Source of the DNA: an uncultured archaeon
GTDB taxonomy: Archaea > Asgardarchaeota > Thorarchaeia > Thorarchaeales > Thorarchaeaceae
DNA: 64,000 bases
Assembly: GCA_964558645.1 (NCBI GenBank)
Contig: CAZLEV010000001.1
Coordinates: 447,579 to 511,578 of the forward strand
Reading direction: 5' to 3'
Part shown: piece by piece, positions 49,129-59,491 of the stretch
Layout: every line of letters starts with the position of its first letter
Position numbering within the stretch: position 1 is the first letter of the stretch
Program-made: the position numbers and the translations under genes
The notes under the pieces: model-generated
Database searches by the model: none
Told to the model about the DNA's origin: nothing
What the model saw: the letters and a program-made list of their open reading frames with translations, nothing else

Positions 49129-50178
49129 ATGAATAAGAACCAAGTCATTGCGATAGCAATCATTGCAATTATTGGGGTGGCTGGCGTAGGTGTCTACTTC
49201 ATGTTGCAGCCAGTTAATAACCCGTACAATGTTGCGATTGTATTCGCGACAGGTGGTCTTGGGGATAAGTCCTTCAATGATGGTTGCTACGAGGGTGCAG
49301 TGGAAGCGCGAGAGGATCATGGTATCACTTTCACGTATTCCGAGCCCGATGATATCGCTCAGTATGAAACATTCCTGAGACGATATGCATCACATGCAGG
49401 CTACATTGAACCGTTCGACCTAATCATCAGTATCGGTTTTGATCAGGCTGATGCGGTGATGGCCGTGGCTGAGGACTTCCCAGACCAAGAGTTTGCAATA
49501 ATAGACATGTTCATCGATCCCGAAGAGTACCCAAATGTGGCCTCAGTTCTCTTTACCGAGAATGAAGGTGCTGCGCTTGTTGGGGCAATGGCGGGATTGA
49601 TGACTGAAACGAACAAGATCGGATTCTTGGGGGGAATGGATATTCCTCTCATCAGGAAATTTGCGGCAGGATATGTGTACGGTGCTAACTTGACCAATCC
49701 AGGCATTGACCATGTTGAAACATATGTGGGTGATTGGGCTGACATTGCCCTGGGCAAAAGCCTCACGGAGGGCATGTATAGCGGCGGTGCCGACATCGTC
49801 TTCGCTGCCGCGGGTCGTTCTGGACTTGGCGCTTTCGAAGCAGCCAAGGAGGGCGAAGACGTCTGGGTGATTGGCGTTGACTCGCCCCAGATGTATCTCG
49901 GAACCGAAGACCCCGACAATCCTGAACCCCCAACGGTCTGTTTGACCACAATGTTGAAGCGTGTTGATGTGGCCGTCTACGATATCATGTACGATGCAGT
50001 TCTTGGTACATGGGAAGGCGGTCTAATCTTCTACGACCTCGAGAATGGTGGTCATGACTATGAGATCAATGAGGCGCTTCTTGAGTTGCCTGACCATGTC
50101 ATAGCCACGGTTGAGATGATAAGAACTGGAATCATCAATGGTACTTATGTAGTACCAGACGATGTCTATTGGACATAG
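49129..50178 (+). CDS. BMP family ABC substrate-binding protein (nucleoside type)
   Basis: GGLGDKSFND, ADIVFAAAG, VIGVD, KRVDVA. Confidence 0.92.
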   Translation: MNKNQVIAIAIIAIIGVAGVGVYFMLQPVNNPYNVAIVFATGGLGDKSFNDGCYEGAVEAREDHGITFTYSEPDDIAQYETFLRRYASHAGYIEPFDLIISIGFDQADAVMAVAEDFPDQEFAIIDMFIDPEEYPNVASVLFTENEGAALVGAMAGLMTETNKIGFLGGMDIPLIRKFAAGYVYGANLTNPGIDHVETYVGDWADIALGKSLTEGMYSGGADIVFAAAGRSGLGAFEAAKEGEDVWVIGVDSPQMYLGTEDPDNPEPPTVCLTTMLKRVDVAVYDIMYDAVLGTWEGGLIFYDLENGGHDYEINEALLELPDHVIATVEMIRTGIINGTYVVPDDVYWT

Positions 50179-50191
50179 AATAAAGATCAAC

Positions 50192-50212
50192 CAGAGGGGT
50201 TTATCCCCTCTG
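50192..50212 (+). terminator. Hairpin after the BMP gene
   Basis: CAGAGGGG-TTTAT-CCCCTCTG then a T-rich tract. Confidence 0.45.
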
Positions 50213-50316
50213 CATCTATTTGTTTTTCCAATCTACTCCGAAGCTTGTCTTTCATACCTTATTGTTAAATACCGCCGCGGTGCGATACTCGAACATGATG
50301 CGACGCATCATGCCAA

Positions 50317-52152
50317 GTGCAAAAGGAGGCATCCGCCATATACGCTGTTGAAATGGAGAACATCAGTAAGACCTTTCCAGGCGGGGTTGAGGCGAACAAG
50401 GATATCACACTAAGAATCAGGCAGGGTGAAGTCCACGGTCTCTTGGGTGAGAATGGTGCCGGTAAGACCACACTGATGAATATTCTCTACGGATTCTTGG
50501 CGAGAGACGAGGGGTCAGGCAGCATTTCCATTAACGGTGAGGTAGTAGACCTTGAATCTCCGGAGGATGCTATTCGTCGAGGGGTAGGGATGGTTCACCA
50601 GCACTTCAAGCTCATTCCTCCCCTGACTGTGACCGAGAATGTCATGATGGGATACGAGACTCCAAGTCAGAGGCCCAATCTGATGCTGAGGCTGATTATG
50701 GCAGTGATTTTGCTCTTCATGACATGGATGTTCTTCCAGTTCATTGATTTCTTCGTTGCCACAATTCTGACTGCATTAATGATGATATTGGTCATTCTTG
50801 CATTCAAGGCTGACACAATCTTGACTCGTGTCATCAAGAGCTTATACGCTATTGAACAACGGTACTCGGGTGTTGTCGCAACAGTTGCACGATCGCTATC
50901 CAGAGCTCTAAGCAACATCAGATATGGAGTCCGTTGTTTCTTCACCTTGGGTATCACTGATGCCGAAGAGAGGATAAGGGTGATAGCAGAGGAGAATGGT
51001 CTGGTGATTGACCCCAAGGCAAAGGTGCGTGACATCTCTGTAGGATTGCAACAACGCGTTGAGATTATCAAGGCTCTCTATAGAGAGGCAGAGATACTCA
51101 TTCTTGATGAGCCAACGTCGGTGCTCACTCCTCAAGAAGTGGACGAACTCTTCGTCACACTTCAGAAGTTCAGAGATGCCGGGAAGACCATCATTCTGAT
51201 AACACACAAGCTCAGAGAACCAATGGCATTATGCGACCGGATCAGCGTTCTACGCGATGGCGAGTTGGTAGGTACTGTTGATCGAGATAAAACTTCACCT
51301 GCTCAGCTTGCAAAGATGATGGTTGGAAGAGAAGTTGTCTTTCGAGTAGAAAAGAGCCCACCTAATCCGGGTGACGTAATTCTCAGAGTTGAGAAACTAG
51401 TTGTCGAAGACATACGCGGAGCTTTGGCGGTGGAGAATCTTTCGTTCGAGCTTCGGGAAGCTGAAATTCTTGGTATTGCTGGGGTCGAAGGCAACGGTCA
51501 GACCGAGCTCGTAGAAGCACTGGTAGGTCTTACTGAGCCAGAATCCGGCCGAATACTGGTCCGAGATGCTGAATCTCGGGAGTTCAGAGACATCGCAGGG
51601 CATAGTCCAAGGAAGGTCCGTGAAGAAGGGATTGCACATATTCCCGAAGATCGTCAGAAACGAGGACTCGTACAGCAATTCTCGGTGGAAGAGAATCTCG
51701 CACTGGGGTCCCACTACCAAGAACCGATTGCCTCCTCTGCCGGCCTGCTTAGTTCGGATCGCATGCGGAGCAACGCAAAGACACTGGTCGAAACCTATTC
51801 AATCAAGGTTGCTGATGTTGCTGATCCTGCCAGCACGTTATCGGGCGGGAATCAGCAGAAGCTCGTGGTTGCCCGAGAGCTGAGCTCTCAGCCACGTGTT
51901 CTGATAGCAGCTCAGCCTACAAGGGGGTTGGATGTGGGTGCAACTGAGTATATCCACAACATGCTTGTTTCTCTGAGAGACTCAGGAGTTGGAGTGTTAT
52001 TGATATCTGCCGAACTGGATGAGATAAGAAGTCTGTCGGACAGAATCGCAGTGATTTTCAATGGCAGAATTGTTGCAGAAAGAGACCCAGATACGACAAC
52101 CGCTGAAGAACTTGGCCTGCTGATGGCTGGTCACGCAGAGGTGTTTCCATGA
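50317..52152 (+). CDS. Nucleoside/sugar ABC ATPase (two domains) with a TM insertion
   Basis: GENGAGKT, LDEPT, LSGGNQQK, QPTRGLD. Confidence 0.92.
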   Translation: MQKEASAIYAVEMENISKTFPGGVEANKDITLRIRQGEVHGLLGENGAGKTTLMNILYGFLARDEGSGSISINGEVVDLESPEDAIRRGVGMVHQHFKLIPPLTVTENVMMGYETPSQRPNLMLRLIMAVILLFMTWMFFQFIDFFVATILTALMMILVILAFKADTILTRVIKSLYAIEQRYSGVVATVARSLSRALSNIRYGVRCFFTLGITDAEERIRVIAEENGLVIDPKAKVRDISVGLQQRVEIIKALYREAEILILDEPTSVLTPQEVDELFVTLQKFRDAGKTIILITHKLREPMALCDRISVLRDGELVGTVDRDKTSPAQLAKMMVGREVVFRVEKSPPNPGDVILRVEKLVVEDIRGALAVENLSFELREAEILGIAGVEGNGQTELVEALVGLTEPESGRILVRDAESREFRDIAGHSPRKVREEGIAHIPEDRQKRGLVQQFSVEENLALGSHYQEPIASSAGLLSSDRMRSNAKTLVETYSIKVADVADPASTLSGGNQQKLVVARELSSQPRVLIAAQPTRGLDVGATEYIHNMLVSLRDSGVGVLLISAELDEIRSLSDRIAVIFNGRIVAERDPDTTTAEELGLLMAGHAEVFP

Positions 52153-53621
52153 CGCGAGAGCGGATACTGCAAGATGAACAGGCGGCAGAAGAGAGTTCAG
52201 GTGTCGCTGTGTTGGATAAGATCATTGCGAAATTCTCAAGTGAGAGCTTCAAGAAGGAACTCATAACTACTGTGGTGGCCATCTTTCTCTCACTTGGTGT
52301 TGCTGCCTTAATCATTGCAGCAGCAGGATACGACCCGGGCAGTGCCTTTGCAGCGTTGGGACTAGGGGCAATACTGAATCTCGATGAAGTACTATGGGCG
52401 GCAACTCCGCTGTGTCTCACGGGGCTTGCCGTAGCCCTCGCTTTCAGATGTGGTCTTTTCAACATCGGTGCCGAGGGTCAGTTATACATTGGTTCTATCG
52501 TAGCAACAGCCGTCGGCTATATGATTGCACTGCCGATTGTGGTACATCAGATAGCTTGCCTCGCAATCGGAGTTCTTGCAGGTTTTCTCTATGGCCTGCT
52601 ACCGGGGCTGCTTAAGGCCTATCGAGGTGCTCATGAAGTTGTTACTACCATGATGCTGAGCTATTCGGCAGTCTACTTGACTCAGTGGCTGGTTTCACAA
52701 GGGCCTATGCACAATCCTGGTGATTGGAGAAGTGTTTCTCCATTCATCTTTGATACTGCACGGCTCCCCAAGCTGTTCGGGAGCCCGTTTCTCAATCTCG
52801 GCTTCCTGATCGCTGTGGCTTGCGTCGTTCTTGTTGATATTTTCATCAACCGTACTGTTATGGGATATGAGATGAGGGCAGTCGGACAGAATCAGGATGC
52901 GGCTGAGACTGCTGGTATTAATTCCAAACGTAACGCTGCAATGGCACTTGCACTGAGTGGAGGTCTGGCAGGATTGGCCGGAGCGCAGGAAATCATGGGC
53001 TACTACAATCGCTTCTATGACGGCTGGTCTGCCGGGATCGGGTTCGATGGAATCACAGTGGCTGTCTTTGGCCGCAACAATGCTTGGGGTGTCTTTGGAG
53101 CAGCTCTCTTCTGGGGTGCTCTCAAGGCGGGAGGGGGATATATGCAGACAAATGCGAATGTTCCAGTGGAGATCGTGAAAGTCATTCAAGGCCTCGTGGT
53201 GCTATTCGTTGCGGCGCCAAGACTCATTGACTGGCTTGCGAACAAGGGAGTTGAATATGCTGAATGGTTGCGTGAGTCTCGGCCAAGCCATGCAATACTG
53301 AACGTTACTGCGCTAGCTCACAGCATCCTAGGATTCTTCCTCGCCGTGCTTATACTGAGAACATCCATCTTCCTTGCATTCATCGGTTTTGTTCTCTGCT
53401 TCATTAGCCTGGTCGCTTCAGTGTTCCATTACAAACGTGACCGCAGACGTGTTGCGACAACTGCTCTTGCTGGAGTTCTCTGGTTTGGGCTACTGGTCGT
53501 CGGGTGGTCGTTCAGTGGTATTGTTTTGACCTCGATGACCATGGGACTTGTTGGAATCATGCTTTCATACCTGCTCGTAAGAATACGCGGCCAGTTGCGC
53601 TCTGGAGGGGAGAGTCAGTGA
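52149..53621 (+). CDS. ABC permease (C-terminally extended)
   Basis: GLFNIGAEGQ, GIGFDGI. Confidence 0.9.
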   Translation: MTRERILQDEQAAEESSGVAVLDKIIAKFSSESFKKELITTVVAIFLSLGVAALIIAAAGYDPGSAFAALGLGAILNLDEVLWAATPLCLTGLAVALAFRCGLFNIGAEGQLYIGSIVATAVGYMIALPIVVHQIACLAIGVLAGFLYGLLPGLLKAYRGAHEVVTTMMLSYSAVYLTQWLVSQGPMHNPGDWRSVSPFIFDTARLPKLFGSPFLNLGFLIAVACVVLVDIFINRTVMGYEMRAVGQNQDAAETAGINSKRNAAMALALSGGLAGLAGAQEIMGYYNRFYDGWSAGIGFDGITVAVFGRNNAWGVFGAALFWGALKAGGGYMQTNANVPVEIVKVIQGLVVLFVAAPRLIDWLANKGVEYAEWLRESRPSHAILNVTALAHSILGFFLAVLILRTSIFLAFIGFVLCFISLVASVFHYKRDRRRVATTALAGVLWFGLLVVGWSFSGIVLTSMTMGLVGIMLSYLLVRIRGQLRSGGESQ

Positions 53622-54571
53622 TGCAGTTAGATGCCATCTCAGTCGCAATGCTGGGATTCTTGCTAAGAACCACACTCCAAATGGCGACACCACTAGTACT
53701 GACCGCTTTAGGGGGGATGTACAGCGAGAGGTCAGGAATCGTGAACATAGGTTTGGAGGGGATGATGCTCATTGGTGCCTTCAGTGCAGCAGCAGCCACC
53801 TACTTCTCTGGAAATCCATGGCTCGGTCTTCTAGTTGGTGTGTTCTCTGGCGGGGCACTCGCAGCTGCTCACGCAGTCCTATGCGTCAAACTGAAGGGAA
53901 ATCACATAGTCAGCGGTACTGGTGTGATTCTATTCGCCGCGGGATTTACAACGCTGATGCTGGAGGTCATCTGGCAGCAGAAGGGAGTTTCAGATCCAGT
54001 CACACCCCTTCCCAAGGTCCGAATTCCGTGGGTTCAGGACATTCCTCTTCTAGGAAACATAATCGGTGCTCTTTCTCCGATTGTATACATGATGTTCTTC
54101 GCAGTCATCATAAGCTGGTTTATACTGTTCAAGACATCTTTCGGCTTGAGACTGAGGGCCGCTGGAGAAGATCCAAGCACACTTGATGCAGCAGGTGTCA
54201 ATGTGGAAACTATGCGGATGATAGGGGTGATTGTTAGCGGGTGTTTGGCCGGCTTGGGGGGTGTCTATCTCTCTATCGGGTTTGGTTCGAGCTTTGGAAA
54301 GATGATGACTTCAGGCAGGGGTTTCATTGCACTGGCGGCGCTGATCTTTGGTAACTGGACCCCCATAGGTTGCTTTTTGGCTGGTACCTTCTTTGGCTTC
54401 CTGGACGGCCTGCAGATTGTCATCAAGGTCAGTTTTCCTGCGTTGTTGCCCTACAGCAATTTTGTGCAGATGTTGCCTTACGTATTAGTGGTGATAGCAT
54501 TGGCGGGAATCCGCCGTTCGATACCTCCCAAAGCAATAGGGCAACCATATGAAAAAGAGAAACGTCTTTAG
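53621..54571 (+). CDS. ABC permease
   Basis: SERSGIVNIGLEG, GRGFIALAA. Confidence 0.92.
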   Translation: MQLDAISVAMLGFLLRTTLQMATPLVLTALGGMYSERSGIVNIGLEGMMLIGAFSAAAATYFSGNPWLGLLVGVFSGGALAAAHAVLCVKLKGNHIVSGTGVILFAAGFTTLMLEVIWQQKGVSDPVTPLPKVRIPWVQDIPLLGNIIGALSPIVYMMFFAVIISWFILFKTSFGLRLRAAGEDPSTLDAAGVNVETMRMIGVIVSGCLAGLGGVYLSIGFGSSFGKMMTSGRGFIALAALIFGNWTPIGCFLAGTFFGFLDGLQIVIKVSFPALLPYSNFVQMLPYVLVVIALAGIRRSIPPKAIGQPYEKEKRL

Positions 54572-54645
54572 TATGAAGCGATGGCGGGAATCTGTCGAGT
54601 TCCCCCATCACGCATCTCTGTGGCCAGTTAGGTTTAGAATCCTCG

Positions 54646-54897
54646 CTACTTGACCAGAAGGACTTTGTCACCTTCTCTGACACGGTTCTTCACTTTGATT
54701 GCTATCTCTTGACCTGCCTCTCCCTGCTCAATGGGCTCTCGGTTCAGTTCCATCGACTTAACCTCCTGAGTGAAATCAGTGGTTGCTCCCATGAAATGAA
54801 CTGTGTCCCCTTCACTCACGGTATCTGAGAGCATAATTGCACAGACGCCTATGTTTGAGTAATAGTTTGTTACTTCACCTATCTCCTTCTCAGTCAT
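54646..54897 (-). CDS. Translation elongation factor-like beta-barrel protein (U32 C-terminal-like)
   Basis: IGEVTNYY, G.TTDF.Q.V.SM, VREGDKV. Confidence 0.8.
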   Translation of the reverse strand: MTEKEIGEVTNYYSNIGVCAIMLSDTVSEGDTVHFMGATTDFTQEVKSMELNREPIEQGEAGQEIAIKVKNRVREGDKVLLVK

Positions 54898-55085
54898 GTT
54901 CTGTCACTCAGTGAATGATAACCCCCCAGAGCAGAAAAAGTCTGGGGTTGCTCAGTTCTATGTCGGAATTCTCTATTACCACTCATCTTGCACTGCTTTC
55001 CTGCCAGTCTGTTAAGTATGTGATTCTCGAGATTACGTTTCCAAATCCGTGATTGACTAAACCGGTGAATGCAAGATCTGCACTC

Positions 55086-56450
55086 TCATCCTAGAACCAG
55101 TTCTGTGATCTGTCTATACGCTTTGTAGGTGAGGTCTAGAGAACCAAGCGACACTCTCTCATTGTCCGCATGTGCCATGGCGATTAGCTCTGCGCCTGAC
55201 ATTCGATCATCGAAAACACTGAAGCCATAAGCATCCGTTCCAAACTCCTTTCTGAAGAATCTGGAGTCCGTCTGACCCGGGGAGAAAAGAGGAACCAACT
55301 CTGCTCCCTCTCCAACAAGCCTCTTCAGAACCATCTCTATTGCTGATATCAGAGAAGAGTTCAATGAGCTTTCGTTGCCTCTGATGGGCTCGTAACCTGG
55401 AATGGGTATCAGTTCGATCTCGACATCCGAGGCTAGGTTCCTGAGATGCTGTTTTATTCCGGCTATCACAGAGTCTGTACTCTGATCGGGCAATGTCCTG
55501 ATATCCACATCGACGTATGCACGACCCGGAACGACGTTTGTCTTGGTTCCACCATGAATTACGTTGGGCGATACGGTAAGACTGCTGATGGCATGGAGCA
55601 GCTTTGCTTGAGCGGAGTCTGTCTTTGCCAGATGGCCCAACACAAGTGGTAGTAGCCTCCTTCTGTTCAATAGCCACTTCGTAAGGCGTGAGATTGGCAT
55701 CTTTTCGACCAGGATCTTGACATAATCTGTGTACACCTCTGGTTGATATTCACCGAGTCGTTCTATGACCCTTGAGATGTTCACCACGGCATTGTCACTT
55801 TGAAAAGGCATGGAGCCATGCTGTTCCTTTCCCCTTGCAGTTATTCTGATCCAGCAATCTCCTTTCTCGCCATATTGAATAGCGTATCTGTTCTCTGCGA
55901 CCGGGAAACCTCCTAACTCAGTCACCAGATAGTCCGCCTTCACCATATCTCGATGGTGTTCAATCATCCAGCGAACGCCATTCAGTCCGTGCGTTTCTTC
56001 ATCTGAAACGATGAGAAGTTTGAGAGTTCCGTGTGGTTCGAAACCGTCATTATAGAGGTGTGCGAAAGCCACCACTTGACATGCAACGATAAACAGCATA
56101 TCGAACGTACCCCTTCCCCATATGAAGCCGTCACGTATTTCGCCTGAGAACGGTGGCACCTCCCATCTCTCCTCATCTTCGACGGGGACAACGTCCACAT
56201 GGGCCGGACCCAACATGAAACTGGGACCATCTCCACCCTGAATCTGCGCATAGAGATTTCCTCGTTGTGGAGCCGACTCGAAGACCTCAGACTGTATCCC
56301 GTACCGTTTCAGGAATTTCTCTATCGTTCTGATTGACTTCATCTCATTTCCGGGAGGATTGACGCATCTGTTTCTAACCATTTCTCGAATCAGACTGACT
56401 ATCTCTTCCTGGGTTTCCACGTTCTTCACTCTGGGCTCCAATGAACTCAT
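55086..56450 (-). CDS. M20 family metallopeptidase/deacylase
   Basis: HVDVVP, WGRG..DM, DEE, HGS, TDSRF, AHADNER. Confidence 0.92.
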   Translation of the reverse strand: MSSLEPRVKNVETQEEIVSLIREMVRNRCVNPPGNEMKSIRTIEKFLKRYGIQSEVFESAPQRGNLYAQIQGGDGPSFMLGPAHVDVVPVEDEERWEVPPFSGEIRDGFIWGRGTFDMLFIVACQVVAFAHLYNDGFEPHGTLKLLIVSDEETHGLNGVRWMIEHHRDMVKADYLVTELGGFPVAENRYAIQYGEKGDCWIRITARGKEQHGSMPFQSDNAVVNISRVIERLGEYQPEVYTDYVKILVEKMPISRLTKWLLNRRRLLPLVLGHLAKTDSAQAKLLHAISSLTVSPNVIHGGTKTNVVPGRAYVDVDIRTLPDQSTDSVIAGIKQHLRNLASDVEIELIPIPGYEPIRGNESSLNSSLISAIEMVLKRLVGEGAELVPLFSPGQTDSRFFRKEFGTDAYGFSVFDDRMSGAELIAMAHADNERVSLGSLDLTYKAYRQITELVLG

Positions 56451-56520
56451 CGTGATTTAAAAGGGAAGTGCAGCATGGCATTCAAGATGCTTAAGTACCC
56501 GCAATTGCTCAGATAGACGC

Positions 56521-57795
56521 ATGTCGTCCGAGAGTTCGAAGCGCTATTCGGTGTGGCGTGATTCATATTTTGGCGTCCAGGGACTGTTCTACTTCGCACA
56601 AGGCGTTTCCCTTGGAGCCTTGCTGTTTATCACCGAGTTTCTGGACTACTTGGGCCTCAGTGACCCGTTCGAGCGCCTAGTGGTTCAAGCGATAGTCTGG
56701 ATCCCTTGGTATATCAAGATTGTATTCGGAGTTCTGTCCGACAATGTTCCGGTATCTAGATTCGGAAGAAGAAAACCGTACATCTTTCTGGCCGGTGTCC
56801 TTGGGGCAATTGGATGGCTTACCTTGCCTCTTCATGTTGTCTATAGTGCTCTACTCCTAGGCTCAGGCATGCTCGCTGCACTAGGAACCAGCATGAGTGA
56901 TGCAGTGATTGATGCCATGGCCGTCGATATAACACCGCCGCAGAAACGCGGGATGATGCAAGGCGTGTCATGGGGCTCCAGAGGTCTCGGGGCTGGGATC
57001 TCATTCATCGCGGTGGGGCTTATGGCAGACTTGGAGATGTGGTTCTTCATCTATGCTATTCCAGGGATTATTGTGAGCCTCTCTTGTTTCTTGGTACTTC
57101 TCTTCGAGGAAAGGCCACTTCCTGCTGACTTCGAGAGGATTCCGCTGAGTACCTACTCTCGCGTGTTCAAGATGCGAAACGTGCAAGTCTGCCTGTTCTT
57201 TCAGATTCTTGCAGGTGCTGCAATCGCCATTCTGGGTATCATGCAGACCTTCTTGACAGAGGAGCTTGGGTTCAACAACGCAACCACAGGTTTCGTGTTC
57301 ATGGTGTTCTCAGTGGGGATGTTCACAGGTGCTCTTATATTCGGAGTACTTGGCGACCGTGCTCCGGTCCGAATCACTCTATCGGCTACCACTGTCGCTT
57401 ACGTTCTGGTTGTCTTCTCCGCGCTTTTCATCAATCTTGCCGTAGTTGCAGTCTCCACTGCCTTCTTCCTCATTGTCGGATTCGCTAACGGAGGCTATGA
57501 GGCAACGCAGATGCGAATCTCGATGGACAACTCGCCCAGTGTAGTTGCCGGGACAGTCTATAATCTCTACAATAGCGTGTCGAATATTGGACAGCTCGCT
57601 ATAGGATCTCTACTGATAGGAGCTCTAGCTGACTATCTCATTGGCATGGGGACAGGAAGCTATCAGCAGGCTTGGCAGTTGGCCATTCTCTTCTTGCTGC
57701 TCGCTCTGTTGCCTGGATATTATCTAGTCACGCGTTACGAACCAGTTGGCCAAGACGAAGACGACCATATAGCGCTGGAAGAGTCTATGGTCTAG
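56521..57795 (+). CDS. MFS transporter
   Basis: 12 TM helices, SD...RFGRRKPY. Confidence 0.9.
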   Translation: MSSESSKRYSVWRDSYFGVQGLFYFAQGVSLGALLFITEFLDYLGLSDPFERLVVQAIVWIPWYIKIVFGVLSDNVPVSRFGRRKPYIFLAGVLGAIGWLTLPLHVVYSALLLGSGMLAALGTSMSDAVIDAMAVDITPPQKRGMMQGVSWGSRGLGAGISFIAVGLMADLEMWFFIYAIPGIIVSLSCFLVLLFEERPLPADFERIPLSTYSRVFKMRNVQVCLFFQILAGAAIAILGIMQTFLTEELGFNNATTGFVFMVFSVGMFTGALIFGVLGDRAPVRITLSATTVAYVLVVFSALFINLAVVAVSTAFFLIVGFANGGYEATQMRISMDNSPSVVAGTVYNLYNSVSNIGQLAIGSLLIGALADYLIGMGTGSYQQAWQLAILFLLLALLPGYYLVTRYEPVGQDEDDHIALEESMV

Positions 57796-57871
57796 CCGTC
57801 AATCCGGTTCCGGAGTGAGTTAAATACGAGAGTGAGCAGACGTAGTTAGACGTTGATTGGAGCAGGTAAGA

Positions 57872-58639
57872 ATGGCAGAATATGATTTCAGCGGGAAGAC
57901 AGCTCTGATTACTGGATGCTCAGCAGGATTGGGGCGGGAATTTGCTTATGCGTATGCTGAGGCGGGGGCAAACCTTGTTCTTGCATCAAGACGAACCAAG
58001 GTTCTCGATGAGCTGGCTCAGGAACTGTCCTTTGAATCAGGTGCTGAATCATTGGTTGTGAAGTGTGATGTTCTCAATGAAGAAGACATCGTCCATGCGG
58101 TTGAATCCTCTGTTGAGCGATTTGGTGGTCTTGATATCTTGATAAACACAGTTGGAAACTACCTTACAAAGCCACTCATAGAACGGACGGTTGAAGACTG
58201 GCACCATGTCATCGATCTCAACCTGACATCTGCATTCATCGGGTCCAGAGAGGCTGCAAAGGTCATGATTCCACAAGAGTCTGGTTGTATCATTAATATG
58301 GCGTCAACATTCGCATTTGGAGCGACTCGCTTCCCTGTGGTAGGTTACTATGCTGCAAAAGGAGGGGTTGTTATGCTGACTAAGGCTCTGGCCGTGGAGC
58401 TAGGTCCTCACAATATCAGAGTGAATGCGATTGCTCCGGGATTCTTCCCGACAAAGCAGTCGATTGATGCTATGAAAGATGATGAGATTCGTGAGAAAAT
58501 GATAGAACCTAGGACTGCTCTGCCGTTCTTGGCAGAGAAGGAATGGATTCGTGGAGCGGCATGTTTTCTTGCAAGTGATGACGCGAAATACATCACTGGA
58601 CATGTGCTAAGCGTTGATGGTGGCTGGCTTGCATTCTAA
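57872..58639 (+). CDS. SDR family oxidoreductase
   Basis: TGCSAGLG, YYAAK, RVNAIAPG, VDGG. Confidence 0.93.
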   Translation: MAEYDFSGKTALITGCSAGLGREFAYAYAEAGANLVLASRRTKVLDELAQELSFESGAESLVVKCDVLNEEDIVHAVESSVERFGGLDILINTVGNYLTKPLIERTVEDWHHVIDLNLTSAFIGSREAAKVMIPQESGCIINMASTFAFGATRFPVVGYYAAKGGVVMLTKALAVELGPHNIRVNAIAPGFFPTKQSIDAMKDDEIREKMIEPRTALPFLAEKEWIRGAACFLASDDAKYITGHVLSVDGGWLAF

Positions 58640-58907
58640 TTCCCACCACCAACTCTGATTACTGCTAATAGGGCGGCAGACAGCAGCGTAGAAGTTGGGC
58701 AAGGTTGGACATGTATTAGATAGTTGTCTAAGGTTGCATTATGTATTCCATATCACAGGCCGCCCTCCGTCTGGGCGTGTGCACCAGAACCATCCGTCGC
58801 TGGAATCCCCCGGGCATCATCTATGCTCAGAGAGAACGATGACCGAACAACGCCCATCAGCAGACCTATCACGCTCTGATTCTACGGACAGAGAAGGGGA
58901 TATCAAG

Positions 58908-59105
58908 ATGGACGATGGAGAATTGGAGAGGATCTCACTGCCAGCATATGATGCCATTTTCGGGCATGAGGAGGAGCTGGAGATGGACGGAGAGGTCTGT
59001 CTGCTGGACCGCACATGGCGGAGCAGCCTGCGCAAGTTCTCCATCACCGGGCTGACCTTCCTTGAGCAGAACCTTGAGAAGGAGTTGCAGTGGTGGCGCC
59101 GGTAG
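58908..59105 (+). pseudogene. Probable truncated remnant of a conserved hypothetical gene
   Basis: Protein-like LRKF...FLEQN..K...W segment ending abruptly in degenerate-looking intergenic DNA. Confidence 0.3.
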
Positions 59106-59491
59106 CTAGAAGACTTCCGTGAATCTAGTGTGGACCGGTGCCCCCAGCTGAGGCAAGCAGGCGTGAAATGGTATGATTACCCGGTGTACATTGTCCCCAG
59201 GCATCTGAGAGTCCTGTTTCAGCCTGTCCACGACTACAAACCGGACACTGACTGTGCTCTGGCTTCAGATTGGCATTGGCAGCCATATTGACATCACGCT
59301 CCTCTCTAGCATGCCCATACAGACGAGTCATGCCTGAGGAGAAGTGATCATGAGTCCGAGGCCCGACCCGACTGGCATCTATGTTGGTAGAATATGCATT
59401 TAAATACTAAAACATTCAAGTATATGAACTGATTTGGGACGCCTTCTTGGATTACACTATGTAGTCCTCACGGTGTCAGGAGGAAGACGGG

